DNA of 64,000 nucleotides from Octopus vulgaris (taxonomy: Eukaryota), in the NCBI GenBank assembly GCA_951406725.2, contig OX597833.1:682001-746000 (forward strand), given 5' to 3'. Position 1 is the stretch's first letter, and each line of letters begins with the position of its first letter. Shown here in pieces: positions 41,056 to 55,432 of the stretch. Under the pieces are notes generated by a model. The model saw only the letters and a list, made by a program, of their open reading frames with translations. It was not told the origin of the DNA and ran no database searches. Position numbers and translations under genes: made by a program.

Positions 41056-41137
41056 ATAGAGGTTTTCCATTAATACAAAAAGTTTTCAAATCAAGTGGCA
41101 ACATTATAGCGAAGGTAGATATACAGACAAACTGAAC

Positions 41138-41177
<40 letters not shown>

Positions 41178-41909
41178 AAACAAGTCAAGATAGAAAATGC
41201 TAAAGAACATATATATATATATATATATGATTTTGATTTTGATTTTTTTTCCAGTTTCAGCTCATGAGCCGTGGCCATGCTGGGGCACCGCCAATATATA
41301 TATATATAAACATTTTTACACACACACACACCTATATATATATATATTTATATACATATGTTTGTGTATGTGTTGTGTGTGTGAGTGTGTGCATGTGTAC
41401 ACATAACGTCTTTTCTCCGCCCCACCCGACATACACACGCAGAGGTGTCTTTGTTAATATTATGAGGAAATCGGATGCAGTATCACGCAGGTTTACGACA
41501 AGTGGCGACCCACATAACAAAAATGCAAAAAACAAACAAAAGCCCCCTTAATCTCTTAAATAATACGTCCATTCTTATTAAATAACTAAAACCATCAATA
41601 GATTTATTGAGTGTGAACAATGTCGGCTGTGACCTTTATAACAAAACAGTGGAAGGCATTTGTAAAGTCACTTTATACACCTTTGTCATACACACACAAC
41701 TACAAACACACGCTGACGAACACACATACTCACGTTCATAAAGGCCATCTATTAAACAAATGGTCTTTAAGAACGACTAGCCACCGCTTTGGCATAATTA
41801 TATCATCAGGAATTTAATATTTTGATTGTGATTTGATGTTTGGAATTTAATATTGAGAGAACAAAAGCGGCTCAGCTGGTAGAATCGTTGGCACGCCGGC
41901 GAAATTCTC

Positions 41910-42320
41910 GGATCTTTTCGGTTTGAACGGCAGTTTTTTCTAGCAGTGTCATATGAAATTGTCACCCATAATTATGACCCTAGTATCGATCTATTGCATT
42001 TCAATCTGTTTAGGGTTAGGGGTGGGGGAAGGGTATCTTTTTCTCTTCACAAATGTAAATAAACCTAATCTGTTTCTTAAACGAGGGACATATTCATACG
42101 GCACAGAATGTTTTCACCTAAATAGACGTCATTGATTGGTTGAAATTGCAGAAATTAAAGAAAAAAACAAAACAAATATCTTACAAACTATAGAATTTTC
42201 TCAATAAAGCCAAGAGAAAATGATGTTTTATAAACACATTCTACCAGTATACGAAGTTTAAAAGTGTTTAGTTTACATGGAAATTATTTTAAAAAACTGC
42301 CGGTCAAACCGAAAAGATCC
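41910..42320. mobile_element. Merlin-type MITE
   Basis: TIR GGATCTTTTCGGTTTGA(A/C)CGGCAGTTTTT; 8-bp TSD AAATTCTC. Confidence 0.85.
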
Positions 42321-42344
42321 AAATTCTCAATTATTTTACGTGAA

Positions 42345-42564
42345 CGAGGAAGGGTACTGAAAAGTTACCCGGCTTTGGGTAAAAGGAAATAAAGGAGGAT
42401 CAGTTAATTGTGATTTCATTGAACATATTCCCCTTCTCAGATTCACACACTTATTGCAGCGGTCTTTAAGTTTTTCTAAGCCCTGTAAAAGAACTCAGAA
42501 GGCTGGGCGTCCAACCAGGCCCTTCGGGACACCCTTAAATCCAGGAACTTGCCAGAACCTCTCG
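42345..42564. mobile_element. Mariner-type MITE
   Basis: Same family as 18421-18637. Confidence 0.75.
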
Positions 42565-42599
42565 TATATATATGCATATGTATATATATATATATACAC

Positions 42600-42753
42600 A
42601 CAAAATTAAATGGAATGACCACTAAAGTGGATACCCTATATGCTAAACATAGACGTCAAATCGCCATTACCACGAAGAATGTGTTCTCAATTTGACGTCT
42701 ATGTTTAGCATATAGGGTGTCCACTTTAGTGGTCATTCCTCTCTTAATTTTGT
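42600..42753. repeat. Fold-back inverted repeat (~60-bp arms)
   Basis: GGAATGACCACTAAAGTGGATACCCTATATGCTAAACATAGACGTCAAA is inverted at 42690-42740. Confidence 0.85.
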
Positions 42754-42842
42754 ATGTAACACAATTTTTTATCTTCGAATTTTGAAATATGCTAACCCAC
42801 TGGTTTTAATTAATTAACATCAATTTCTACCCTTATTATTTA

Positions 42843-43001
<159 letters not shown>

Positions 43002-43142
43002 GGTATAGTGTATATTTAAACACATAAGGAATTCACTTTTAGGGAATTCAACACGCTAGAAAGAATAGCTAGGTTCTGTTAACCACAGCTTGTTGAATTC
43101 CCTAAAAGTGAATTCCTTATGTGTTTAAATATACACTATACC
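43002..43142. repeat. Fold-back inverted repeat (52-bp arms)
   Basis: GGTATAGTGTATATTTAAACACATAAGGAATTCACTTTTAGGGAATTCAACA is perfectly inverted at 43091-43142. Confidence 0.9.
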
Positions 43143-43333
43143 GTATGACTAATATATAGTCTTCTTGACTAATTTTTTTTGCACGTTTGACTACTGGAAA
43201 TGTAAATTTTGATTGAATGTTTTAATTTTAATTAAATTCCATTTCCCTTTGACATGATTGATCTCTTGAGCACCACCAGCTCAAATATTTTTTCCTCTGT
43301 CTTCCCTTCTTGGGATCTTTCCTTCTTCTCCTT

Positions 43334-43368
43334 GTTTCCGACGAAGAGCTCCGCTCGAAACGTTAAAC
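43334..43368 (+). ncRNA. Minimal hammerhead with CCGACGA core
   Basis: GUUU-CCGACGA-A-GAGC-UCC-GCUC-GAAA-CG-UU-AAAC. Confidence 0.7.
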
Positions 43369-43467
43369 CCTCCTTCCCTTCTTTCCTGAGCGTCAATAAT
43401 ACTTTATGTTCCACGTCCTGCGTTGCTGTGTTTTTTTCTCTTTTTTTCTGTGTTTTCTTGTTTGGAT

Positions 43468-43512
<45 letters not shown>

Positions 43513-43514
<2 letters not shown>

Positions 43515-43815
43515 GCGCCTTTTTGCAGGCCTAGCCATCCTCATGGGCCCAATTTCCTGGTTTCTATGACGTATGTGCTCCCGCCAGCTGGACGGGACGC
43601 CAGTCCATCGGAGCGTTACTCAAGAAACAGGAAGAAAGAGTGAGAGAAAGTTGGGGCGAAAGAGTACAACAGGGATCACCCCCACCCCCTGCTGGAGCCT
43701 CGTAGAGCTTTTTAGGTGTTTTCGCTCAATAAACACAAACAACGCCCAGTCTGGGAATCAAAACCGCGATCCTCCGACCGCGAGTCCGCTGCCCTAACCA
43801 CTGAGCCATTGCGCC
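43513..43815 (-). mobile_element. SINE with family B head but a different (Meta/V-like) 3' body
   Basis: Shares ~190 nt with 1397/34121, then continues GATGGACTGGCGTCCCGTCCAG...CATAGAAACCAGG. Confidence 0.7.
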
Positions 43816-44821
43816 CCCACACACACAGACATATGAGGCGAATCAATTAATTATGATTTTATCCAGCGTATTCCCCTCTCAGGTTCACATACACATTGCA
43901 GCGGACCTTCGCTTTTACTAACTCCGGCCAGGCGTTTCGCAACACCGTTAAAGCTATAAACTTTTCGGTACCTTCTTCTAATTAACTTTTAAGTACCGGA
44001 CATAATTAGCTGTTTCATAAATTTTACATGGATGCGGTCACCATCAAAGGAAACGGAATATCTTAAGACATTTTTCCACGAGAAAATTGCAAATAAGTAT
44101 AATAATAATCATAATAACAATTACTACAGCCTTCATATTTATTTAAAGTGAAAATATGCTTAAATATTACTCATAAGAAAAAACGATATTTTATTCATTT
44201 TTGCTTATTTGGCACATAAATACATAAATTAATGCCACCTTTTTCTTAAGGGGTAAAAAGAAAATCAAGAAATAAGAAAACTGCAACTTGTTAGAAATTA
44301 CAGTTATGCGTTATTCTCACGTTTTTGAATACAACATCTCTTTTCTCTTTTTTTAATTTTACCCAACCAAATTTTCTATTAATATATCTCAGAATATAGC
44401 GGAGTAGTGGCCTTTTTCAATGATCTTAAATATGCATTTCATTTGGTGAAGAGATACAGATATATATTTTTTTTTTAGCAAAAATTGTTTTGTAATTATA
44501 ATGAACAGCCACTTGTCGATTGTGGAGAAGGTTTTTAGTTGAGGAAAAAAGGGGAGTAACTTCCCCTGAACTGATCATTGAATAAAGGCAAAAAAACATA
44601 CATACATATGTACATACATACAGGCATGCATACATGCATACATACTACGTACGTACATACATACATACATACATACATATATACACACACACATACATAC
44701 ATACACATACATACATACATACATACATACATACATACATACACATACATACATACATACATACACACACACATATATATACATACACATACATACATAC
44801 ATACATACATACATACATACA

Positions 44822-44853
<32 letters not shown>

Positions 44854-44909
44854 CATACATACACATACATACATACATACATACATACATACATACATAC
44901 ATACATACA

Positions 44910-44941
<32 letters not shown>

Positions 44942-46968
44942 CATACATACACATACATACATACATACACACACACATGTATACACACAAACACACACAC
45001 ACATATATACATACATACATACATACATACATACATACATACATACATACACACACATACATACATACGTACATACATATGTGTGTGTGTGTGTCTATTA
45101 ATGTTTGATTTTTATGTTATAATAAAAAGAATTTTACTTTAATCTGATGGGTCACTCTATACGTTTCTTGAGTACAAATTTATCATTCCTTAACAATAAT
45201 AATATTGACTGTGACTTCGAAGTTTCGGTGAGCTTGGCCATTATATAACAATATACACACACGTATATGTGTATGTGTGTGTGTGTGCGCGCATGTGCAA
45301 ATGTATGAGTGAATGTGTGTACGTGTGGGTGTAGATACACACACACACATACACACACACACACACATAGTCGATGACTTGGGATATATAATCCAGGCGT
45401 TTGTTGCACGAAGCTCATCCACGGATGCTGGCTATCTGAATATTGGCGAATATGATTGTCCCTCAAGACCTCACTGTGCCTATAAACCCGAGGGTAGCAT
45501 CAATTAATGGAGCTCACGGGCGTATCTCTCTCTCTCTCTCACACACACACACTCACATATTGCTCTTTCGTTGTCCTGTCGAACTACTCAAAACCCCATA
45601 ACATTATCTAGAGACAGACGACCCTCCTCACACGTTTACGGTGTGCTTTTGTCGGGGTTTATTCTTCCGTATTTTAGGTCTTCTTTCTCATGCTACATCA
45701 TATATTTTTCAACGATGGTCTTCTCTTTTCTGCCCATCTCAAAGGTTGATGTTGCTTCATTGTTAAGGTTGGAGGACGAGGTACCCGCTCACTTGTTTCC
45801 AACACGCGGCCCAGGTGCTCTCCAGACTTTCAGATGCCAGTCACCTCCGTCCGGAACTAGAAACTAGAATCTGTGGGTTCTATCACTCTTTCTCTACTGT
45901 TTTCCACTGCTTTCCCCCTCTCCTCCGTTTTCCTAGCCTCTCCAGTTCTTCGTGATAAAAAAAAGTCTTCAAGCAGTTTATAGTACTACAAATAAAATAA
46001 GTCCTTTTACTCCGTACACACCAGTCTATTAATTTTATTGCCCTTAATTGAGAGCAGCTGAAACAGCACTTGGGGTTAACGTGGGCCATTAGGTATGCCA
46101 AAACTATTCTGGCCCCTCTAAACCACATTTGATTGTGGTCATGCTGGAACATCGCCTTGAAGGGCTGTTGTCGATAATTTCGATCCCGATATTTTGTGCG
46201 AAAAATCTTTTTCAAAACAATGCAGCAGTTATTTTATCGGATACTGTTTGTCAGACCACTAGGTTACAAGACATAAATATAAGTGCAGTAACAAATACAC
46301 AAAGAAACAAAGAAACTATGAAAGAGAGAAAGAAAAGAAGGAAGAAAAGTAAAAGGAAAACGACGAAATGGTGAAGGAAAAGAGAAAGAAAACAATGGTT
46401 ACGAAACAGCTGTTAGGTAAATGTGTGACAGCTCTTGTTGAAGAGTGTTATTACAGTAAGCAAACAGCATTCCAATTCACCAACAGCACGCTAGGCCAGT
46501 GCAAACATATCCCCGTCTCCACCTCCGTCACACACGTTTTGTCAGCCACCCCGCCGCCACTGCTTCCGCCGCCGCCGCCGCCACAACCACCCATCACCAA
46601 CACACCCACCCTTTACTAAACTCGACACTTTCCCCCTCACTCACGGCAGTCACAGTTCACTGAGTTTCAGGTAATAGGTCTGTTTCAGAATCACCTGAAA
46701 GTTTCCTGTACTACTAGTAGTAATTAGTGTAGTAGTAGTGGTGGTGGTGGTGGTGGTAGTAGTAGTAGTAAAAGGTTAATTTTATCTATGTTACTATGGA
46801 TATATGCATGTATTTATACACATTTTATTACACACACACACACACACACAGAATTTAAAAATAGGATAACATCTTTCTAAGAATTTATCAAGTAGCTAGC
46901 GTGAAAATCTTCATAAGGGAAAAATTTATTAATTATTCCCTTTAAATATATTTATTTATATTAAGGGT

Positions 46969-47066
46969 ATTACTATACATAAAGGCCTCACGCTAGGAGC
47001 GACTCTTATAGTCAAAACTTTGACTTTAAGAGTCCCTCCTAGCGTGAGGCATTTATGTATAGTAAT
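46969..47066. repeat. Near-perfect palindrome (~46-bp arms)
   Basis: ATTACTATACATAAAGGCCTCACGCTAGGAG...GTCAAAA then TTTTGAC...CTCCTAGCGTGAGGCATTTATGTATAGTAAT. Confidence 0.85.
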
Positions 47067-47509
47067 GTCAAGATAAAACTCTTGGCTATTGAATAATTGT
47101 CACTTATTATTTTACATATATATATATATATATAATAATGTAATAAATAAAATATATGCATACATATATATATGTACGTACCTACATCTACATGTTTATA
47201 TACATGCATATATAAATATATATATGTGAGTACAGGACACCACAAATAGACGTAGAACTCAGCGAGAAACGAAAACATAAAAACAAGGGAACGGACATTT
47301 TAAAACAACGAAAAAACGGAACACAGGACAAACAACACAAGGAACATTCCCCATCATCAGCTGTCCCCGGTTCGACTCCATGCGTGTTTCAAAGGTAAGG
47401 ACAGAACACGCTCGCCGGACCGGTCCTTTCTGCGAGGGAATTAAATAAAATTCCTTTGCAGAGGGGTAAAAACAAGGAAAGAAAAAAATGTGACAAAAAC
47501 AGGACGTAT

Positions 47510-47548
<39 letters not shown>

Positions 47549-47559
47549 CAGTTTCAGCT

Positions 47560-48310
47560 AATGGCGCCCTTTCAGAGAAAATACAAATTCTTTGTGGCGA
47601 TTCCGAGGGAACTGTCTTGGGGCCCTTAATGTTTACAATAGCTCTCTTAGACTAGTGTATGGCTCTCAGACAGTCACTAACACCAGCTACACCGATGATA
47701 CAAAAGCGATAAAACCCCCAGAGGATGTTACCAGTTTACAGCGGGACCTAAATGCGATATCCAAATGGGCTGAAGAAAACGACATGCAGTTTAATGCTGG
47801 AAATTTTCAAGCATTGCGCTTTTAGCTCGCAAATGCTCAGCAATCTGTATATACAGGACCCGAAGGTACTGCAACCCCATAGTCACAGACAGCGAGAGAA
47901 TTGGGGATCTGTATGTGTAACGATGCATCGTTTCGTACGCACATTACCAAGATGGCAGGAGGGGTACTAAGGTCCTTCAAGACAAGAGACAAAGAAGTCG
48001 TGTCGATCTTGTGGAGGACCTTTGCTCTCAGCCGCCTGGACCGCTGCTCTCAGCTGTGGTCACATCATAGCGCCATATTAACAGCGGAGCTTGAAGCGGT
48101 TCAACGTCAAAACATGAGAAAGATTGAAACAGTTCTGTACATGAGTTGCAGAGGGAGAGGCTGAGAACTACGACTTTACCCTCAGGAGTGAAGACGAGAC
48201 AGATACACAATAATCTACATTTGGAAAGTTCTGGAAGGGTCAATACCTAATTTGGGCATTCAGTGTTATACAAATGTCCGAACTAGACGCCACTGCATTG
48301 TACCAAAGGT
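47560..48310 (+). pseudogene. Decayed CR1-like RT fragment
   Basis: SYTDDTK...LQRDLNAISKWAEENDMQFN...RSFKTRDKE...SRLDRCSQLWS...ELEAVQR. Confidence 0.8.
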
Positions 48311-48312
48311 AC

Positions 48313-48725
48313 CTATTTCTTTACTACCCACAAGGGGCTAAACACAGAGGGGACAAACAAGGACAGACAAACGGATTAAGTCGATTACATTGAACCCAGT
48401 GCGTAACTGGTACTTTATTTATCGACCCCGAAAGGATGAAAGGCAAAGTCGACCTCGGCGGAATTTGAACTCAGAACGTAGCGGCAAACGAAATACCTAT
48501 TTCTTTACTACCCACAAGGGGCTAAACACAGAGGGGACAAACAAGGACAGACATAGGTATAAGTCGATTATATCGACCCCAGTGTGTAACTGGTACTTAT
48601 TTAACTGACCCTGAAAGGATGAAAGGCAAAGTCGACCTCGGCGGAATTTGAACTCAGAACGTAACGGCAGACGAAATACCGCTACGCATTTTGCCCGGCG
48701 TGCTAACGTTTCTGCCAGCTCGCTC
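48313..48725 (-). mobile_element. Family C SINE dimer with head
   Basis: Two units with the fixed junction at ~48495. Confidence 0.85.
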
Positions 48726-48989
48726 ACCTCTCCACAATAGCGGATGAACTGATGGCCCGGCACGAGGTACAACCGAGGGCAGCGGGGACAAACTCACTCA
48801 TGCACCAAATGGGCCAACACCTAGGACAAAGACACATGCAGGAGTGGTGACTGGAAATCCCGCTACCCTGAAGATATTAGCCAAAGGAGAATGATATAGA
48901 AAAATGCAAAATCACAGTGGTGCTCCAGCATGGCCCTGGTCACAGGGCTGAAACGAATAAAAGAATTTATTTGTATTTATTTGTATTTA

Positions 48990-49410
48990 TGTACTCTTTT
49001 ACTCTTTTATTTGTTTCAGTCATTTGACTGCGGCCATGCTGGAGCATCGCCTTTAGTCGAGCAAATCGACCCCAGGACTTATTCTTTGTAAGCACAGTAC
49101 TTATTCTATCGGTCTCTTTTGCCGAACCGCTAAGTGACGGGGACGTAAACACACCAGCATCGGTTGTCAAGCAATGCTAGAGGGACAAACACAGACACAC
49201 AATCACATATACACACATATACAAATATATATATATATACATATACACGACAGGCTTCTTTCAGTTTCCGTCTACCAAATCCACTCACAAGGCTCTGGTC
49301 GGCCCGGGGCTATAGTAGAAGACACTTGCCCAAGGTGCCACGCAGTGGGACTGAACCCGGAACCATGTGGTTGGTAAGCAAGCTACTTACCACACAGCCA
49401 CTCCTGTGCC
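48990..49410 (-). mobile_element. Family A SINE
   Basis: Full-length match to 12116-12556. Confidence 0.9.
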
Positions 49411-49754
49411 TATGTGTGTGTTTTTTTTATTGTGTTGATAATTTTCTTTTCTTTTTTTTTGTGTTGTTGTTTTTGTTGTTTCATCTCCTTTTATGGTTGG
49501 GGGAGGGAGTGGGGGGTATGAGATCGTTTTCTCCAAATTCTAAAACGCGCAGCCTTCAAATGAATGCAGATTGTCTAAAAGACAGACATTTGCCGCAACT
49601 TGCATGACTAAACAGTTCTGTGCTTCTGTTTTGGGTGGGAAAATAAAAATATATACACGACTAGACAACAATTGCTTCCTTGCTGAATATTTGCTGACAG
49701 TCTTTCATAATGTCACGTGGTCAACAAGGTCACTACAAGAACTAAACAATGAAA

Positions 49755-49945
<191 letters not shown>

Positions 49946-49959
49946 ACACGCACACACAC

Positions 49960-50008
<49 letters not shown>

Positions 50009-50058
50009 CACACATTCACAAACACACACACACACACACACGCACACGCACACACACA

Positions 50059-50133
<75 letters not shown>

Positions 50134-50136
50134 TCA

Positions 50137-50258
<122 letters not shown>

Positions 50259-50269
50259 TACAACTTAAA

Positions 50270-51419
50270 GGGCGCCGAGCTGGCAGAAACGTTAGCACGC
50301 CGGGAGAAATGCTTAGCGGTATTTCGTCTGCCGCTACGTTCTGAGTTCAAATTCCGCCGAGGTCGACTTTGCCTTTCATCCTTTCGGGGTCGATTAAATA
50401 AGTACCAGTTATGCACTGGGGTCGATATAATCGAAGTAATCCGTGTGTCTGTCCTTGTTTGTCCTCTCTGTGTTTAGCCCCTTGTGGGTAGTAAAGAAAT
50501 AGGTATTTCGTCTGCCGCTACGTTCTGAGTTCAAATTCCGCCGAGGTCGACTTTGCCTTTCATCCTTTCGGGGTCGATTAAATAAGTACCAGTTACGCAC
50601 TGGGGTCGATATAATCGAAGTAATCCGTTGTCTGTCCTTGTTTGTCCTCTCTGTGTTTAGCCCCTTGTGGGTAGTAAAGAAATAGGTATTTTGTCTGCTG
50701 CTACGTTCTGAGTTCAAATTCCGCCGAGGTCGACTTTGCCTTTCATCCTTTCGGGGTCGATTAAATAAGTACCAGTTACGCACTGGGGTCGATATAATCG
50801 AAGTAATCCGTGTGTCTGTCCTTGTTTGTCCTCTCTGTGTTTAGCCCCTTGTGGGTAGTAAAGAAATAGGTATTTCGTCTGCCGCTACGTTCTGAGTTCA
50901 AATTCCGCCGAGGTCGACTTTGCCTTTCATCCTTTCGGGGTCGATTAAATAAGTACCAGTTACGCACTAGGGTCGATATAATCGAAGTAATCCGTGTGTC
51001 TGTCCTTGTTTGTCCTCTCTGTGTTTAGCCCCTTGTGGGTAGTAAAGAAATAGGTATTTCGTATGCCGCTACGTTCTGAGTTCAAATTCCGCCGAGGTCG
51101 ACTTTGCCTTTCATCCTTTCGGGGTCGATTAAATAAGTACCAGTTACGCACTGGGGTCGATATAATCGAAGTAATCCGTGTGTCTGTCCTTGTTTGTCCC
51201 CTCTATGTTTAGCCCCTTGTGGGTAGTAAAGAAATAGGTATTTCGTCTGCTGTTACGTTCTGAGTTCAAATTGCGCCGAGGTCGACTTTGTCTTTCATCC
51301 TTTCGGGGTCGATAAATAAAGTACCAGTTTCGCACTGGGGTTGATATAATCGACTCAATCCCTTTGCCTGTACTTGTTTGTCTTCTCTGTGTTTAGCCCC
51401 TTATGGGCAGTAAAGAAAT
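50270..51419 (+). repeat. Family C SINE hexamer: one tRNA head plus six 183-184-bp units
   Basis: Units start at 50318, 50502, 50685, 50869, 51053 and 51237; the whole array is flanked by a 12-bp direct repeat ATACAACTTAAA. Confidence 0.95.
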
Positions 51420-51625
51420 ATACAACTTAAATGCGTCGGTGTATAAGGTGACGTGATGTACAAAACGCAACCCAATCCTTAGGACTTCCATCTTAAATCC
51501 TTAGGACTTCCATCTAGGGTTTGTTCTACGCGCAGTGATAGTTCTCTATGATAGATTACAGGCGCTGACCTTGGTTTAACTTATAGCAATATTTCAGTAG
51601 GCAAACTGATGCGTTTTATCTTTAA

Positions 51626-51701
51626 TCTCTCTCTATATAATGCTGAAGTTGTCTGTGTATGGCAGGTTTGGTAGCCTTCAACTAACACTATCTCCTCCGA
51701 G
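51626..51701 (+). mobile_element. Helitron 5' fragment
   Basis: A|TCTCTCTCTATATAATGCTGAAGTTG...; overlaps in sequence with the distal end of 398-748. Confidence 0.6.
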
Positions 51702-51781
51702 ATCCTTTTGGGCCATCCAGCTGTAGGTCATCTCTGGTTCTATGATGCGATCTTTCTGTTTTAAAGTGTGCCAGTATTAAA

Positions 51782-51812
<31 letters not shown>

Positions 51813-52497
51813 TGTATGTATGTATGTATGTATGTATGTATGTATGTATGTATGTATGTATTATATATGTATGTCTGTATGTATGTATGTATGTATGTGT
51901 GTATGTCTGTATGTATGTATGTATGTATGTGTGTATGTATGTATGTATGTGCGTGTATGTATGTGTGTATGCGTGCATGTATGTATGTATGTGTGTATGT
52001 ATGTATGTATGTGTGTGTATGTATGTGTGTATGCGTGCATGTATGTATGTATGTATGTATGTGTGTATGTATGTATGTATGTGCGTGTATGTATGTGTGT
52101 ATGCGTGCATGTATGTATGTATGTATGTATGTGTGTATGTATGTATGTGTGTGTATGTATGTCTGTATGTATGTATGTATGTATGCATGTATATATGTAT
52201 GTGTGTATGTATGTATGTGTGTATGTATTATATATGTATGTATGTATGTATGTATATATGTATGTGTGTATGTATGTGTGTATGTATTATATATGTATGT
52301 ATGTGCGTATGTATGTCATTATTCAATTTTATTTCAAGATTTCTTGCCAATAAAGAAAGAACCGGTTTCTAACCTAGATTCAAGGTTCCTTCACTAGAAT
52401 TTCAACATCAACAAAGTATTTTTGTATAATTCTATGTATTACAGTTCTATATTTAAGAGATGAGGAATTATGTACATTATCTACATTATTTCTCCAA

Positions 52498-52543
52498 GAC
52501 ACCTGATGAAGGCTGGAGGGTATATCAACCGAAACGTTCTGTT
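52498..52543 (+). ncRNA. Minimal hammerhead (15307 family, two stem mismatches)
   Basis: GACAC-CUGAUGA-A-GGCUG..CAACC-GAAA-CG-UU-CUGUU; preceded by an inverted copy of its own 3' tail at 52440-52490. Confidence 0.7.
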
Positions 52544-52664
52544 AACAACAAACAACATGAGGACAAATATCCGTCAAATGTAAATTATGTAATTTTTATG
52601 TATATGTGCAAATTAGTATGTATTCTCATGCATATAGTTGCATATCTAGACATGTTCATATATT

Positions 52665-52875
52665 TTAAATGATAAACTTTTGAAAAGTTTTACAAATTTT
52701 TACGGTTCCAGTGATGGATTGGATTTGTAATCTTCGAATCAGCTTTCTCCTTTCTGGCTTTGAGAAGCCAAATTTCTCAAGATTGGTACTTAGGCAGTGT
52801 GTTACATATCCCAGTGATCCAATAATTAAAGGTATAAACCTGAACTTGTAATCTGGACAGAGTAGCTGTATATTC
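52665..52875 (-). pseudogene. RLE-type LINE C-terminal fragment
   Basis: FIPLIIGSLGYV...IRRLQIQSITGTVKICKTF. Confidence 0.55.
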
Positions 52876-52892
52876 ATCTATATTTCAACGTA

Positions 52893-54045
52893 CAGGCATT
52901 GGACAAAATCATGAAAACCCTTTAAAATTTCAAACAAATTTATTTTAAAATGGGGTAGGACTGTCTTTAGCAGTAATTACAGCTTGAATTCTACGAGGTA
53001 TGGACTCCTACAGTGTCTGAATTGTTTCCAAAGGAATTTTTGTCTATTCTTCAGTTAAAACAGTCTCCATTTCTTGTAGTGATGATGGTGGAGGATATAG
53101 ACTCCTTACTTGTTTTTCTAAAATGCACCATAAATGTTCAATAACATTGAGATGTGGGGACTGTGGGGGCCAGAAAAGATGGTCAACTTCACTAGAATGC
53201 TGTGTGAATTGGTGCATTATCATCCTGAAAGATTGTGTTTCCCTCCGGGAACAGTTCCGCAAAAATGCTTAAATAATCTTGATTATTAATTCTGCCATGG
53301 GGGAAACCATTGGGTCGGCAGATTTCAAAGATATAGCCCCCGCGATCATCACAGATCCTCCTCCATGTTTAACAGTTGAAAGAAGGCAGTCTTGGTCAAA
53401 TGTTTCTTTTAGCTGTTTTCACACGTATACTCGGCCGGTGGTCGGAAATAAGGTAAAGAATGACTCGTCCGAGAAATAACATTCTTCCACAGCTCTAGGG
53501 ACCAATTCTGTAGGGTTCTACGCCACTCTAAACGTTTGGTTTTGAAAGTAGTGGTTTTCTGATTGCGGCTCTCCTGTGAAATCCGGCTTTGTGCAGCTCC
53601 CGGCGAACAATTTTTGTGGAAACTCAGTTCTTGAGGTGGTCATTAAGCTCTGCAGTAATTTTGGGAGCTGTACTTTTGTGATCCTTTCTAACAATTTGCG
53701 TAAGAATCTGACGGTTCCTATCTGAAAGCTTTGGTTTTCTTCTGGAGTTTTGTTTCGACGAGCAGGTTTTTCCCTCTTTCTCAAAGACTGTCATTACTTT
53801 TGAGACAGTACTTCTTGATACACCAAACATTTCGGCTGTTTTCGTTACGCTAGCGCCTGCCATACGAGCACCAACAATTTGACCTCTTTGAAAGTCCGAT
53901 AGATCTGAATTTTGGGTACCTTTTTCTGGCGATATCTGAAAAGAAACAGCAATTTTAGCAAAATATATCAAGCAACACTAATAATAAATAAAAAAACTAA
54001 AAAAATAAACAAGCTTTTGGCTGTTTTATAGATATCTCAAAATTA
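52893..54045 (-). mobile_element. Decayed Tc1-type transposon
   Basis: DLSDFQRGQIVGAR (HTH), FSDES, GGSVM, FQDD and WPPQSPHLNVIEHLW motifs across frameshifts; one end is TA|CAGGCATTGGACAAAAT. Confidence 0.9.
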
Positions 54046-54718
54046 TTGTGCTATTATGTATGTATGTATGTATGTATGTATGTATGTATGTATGTATGTA
54101 TGTATGTATGAATGTATGTATGTATGTATGTATGTATGTATGTATGTGTGTATGTATGTATGTATGTATGTATGTATGTATGTATGTATGTATGTATGTA
54201 TGTATGTTTGTATGTATGTATGTATGTATGTATATATGTATGTATGTGTGTATGTATGTATGTATGTATGTATGTTTGTATGTATGTATGTATGTATGTA
54301 TGTATGTATGTATGTATGTATGTATGTATGTATGTATGTATGTATGTATGTATGTATGTATGTATGTATGTATGTATGTATGTTTGTATGTATGTATGTG
54401 TGTATGTATGTATGTATGTATGTATATATGTATGTATGTGTGTATGTATGTATGTATGTATGTTTGTATGTATGTGTGTATGTATGTATGTATGTATGTA
54501 TGTATGTATGTATGTGTGTATGTATGTAAATATGTATCCGTATATATGTGTGCGCGTGTTTGTGTGTCTATGTGTATGTGTGCATGTATTACGTATGTAT
54601 GTATTTAAATATATATATCTTTCTCTGTGTATGTATGTGTGTGTATACGTATATATGTATGTATGTATGTATGTGAATAGGTATCGCTCTTTTTTATCTA
54701 CTACTACTACTGCTGCTG

Positions 54719-54778
<60 letters not shown>

Positions 54779-55032
54779 TTTTATCTTCCTTCAGCTTCCC
54801 CTCTCACTATGTCTATGTGTGTATGTATACAATGCTGGTGTGTTTACGTCCCCGTCACTTAGCGGTTCGGCAAAAAGAGACCGATAGAATAAGTACTGGG
54901 CTTACAAAAAGAATAAGTCCCGGGGTCGAGTTGCTCGATTAAAAGGCGGTGCTCCAGCATGGCCGCAGTCAAATGACTGAAACAAGTAAAAGAGTAAAAG
55001 AATTATGCATCTATCTGTCTGTCTGTCTGTCG

Positions 55033-55074
<42 letters not shown>

Positions 55075-55432
55075 TCTCTCTCCATCCCTCTCTCTCTCTC
55101 TCTCCACACCTCTCTCTCTCTTTCTCTGTGTGTACAAGCATGTAAGTAACCGGAGCCAATGGCAAAAAATTACGAGGCCACAAAGCGAAAGGTAAATAAA
55201 GGTGGAGACTTTACCTGTTATCTAATTGAAAGTAATTTCAGTCACAGGTGAGAACACCTGGAAACGAATCTTACCTGTAACAGATGTCTCTGTTATTTCC
55301 TGTTTCTGATACAAAAGGTCACAAGCTTCATACGTTTACATAAGCCCTCCACATTTCATAAAACGATTCACCTCTATACACACATGTATTAAGGTGGGGT
55401 ACATATAATTTTTCTACACCTGTGGCCGGGTG

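Noticed and set aside
48305-48320. GGTA target preference of the family C SINE at an external site
   Set aside because: Only one of four checkable 3' flanks begins with GGTA, which is insufficient.
50270-51419. Regular array resembling CRISPR, or repeated 63-aa ORFs ([16 protein letters not shown]...)
   Set aside because: Whole units repeat with no unique spacers and no cas genes. The ORFs are antisense readings of a SINE body.
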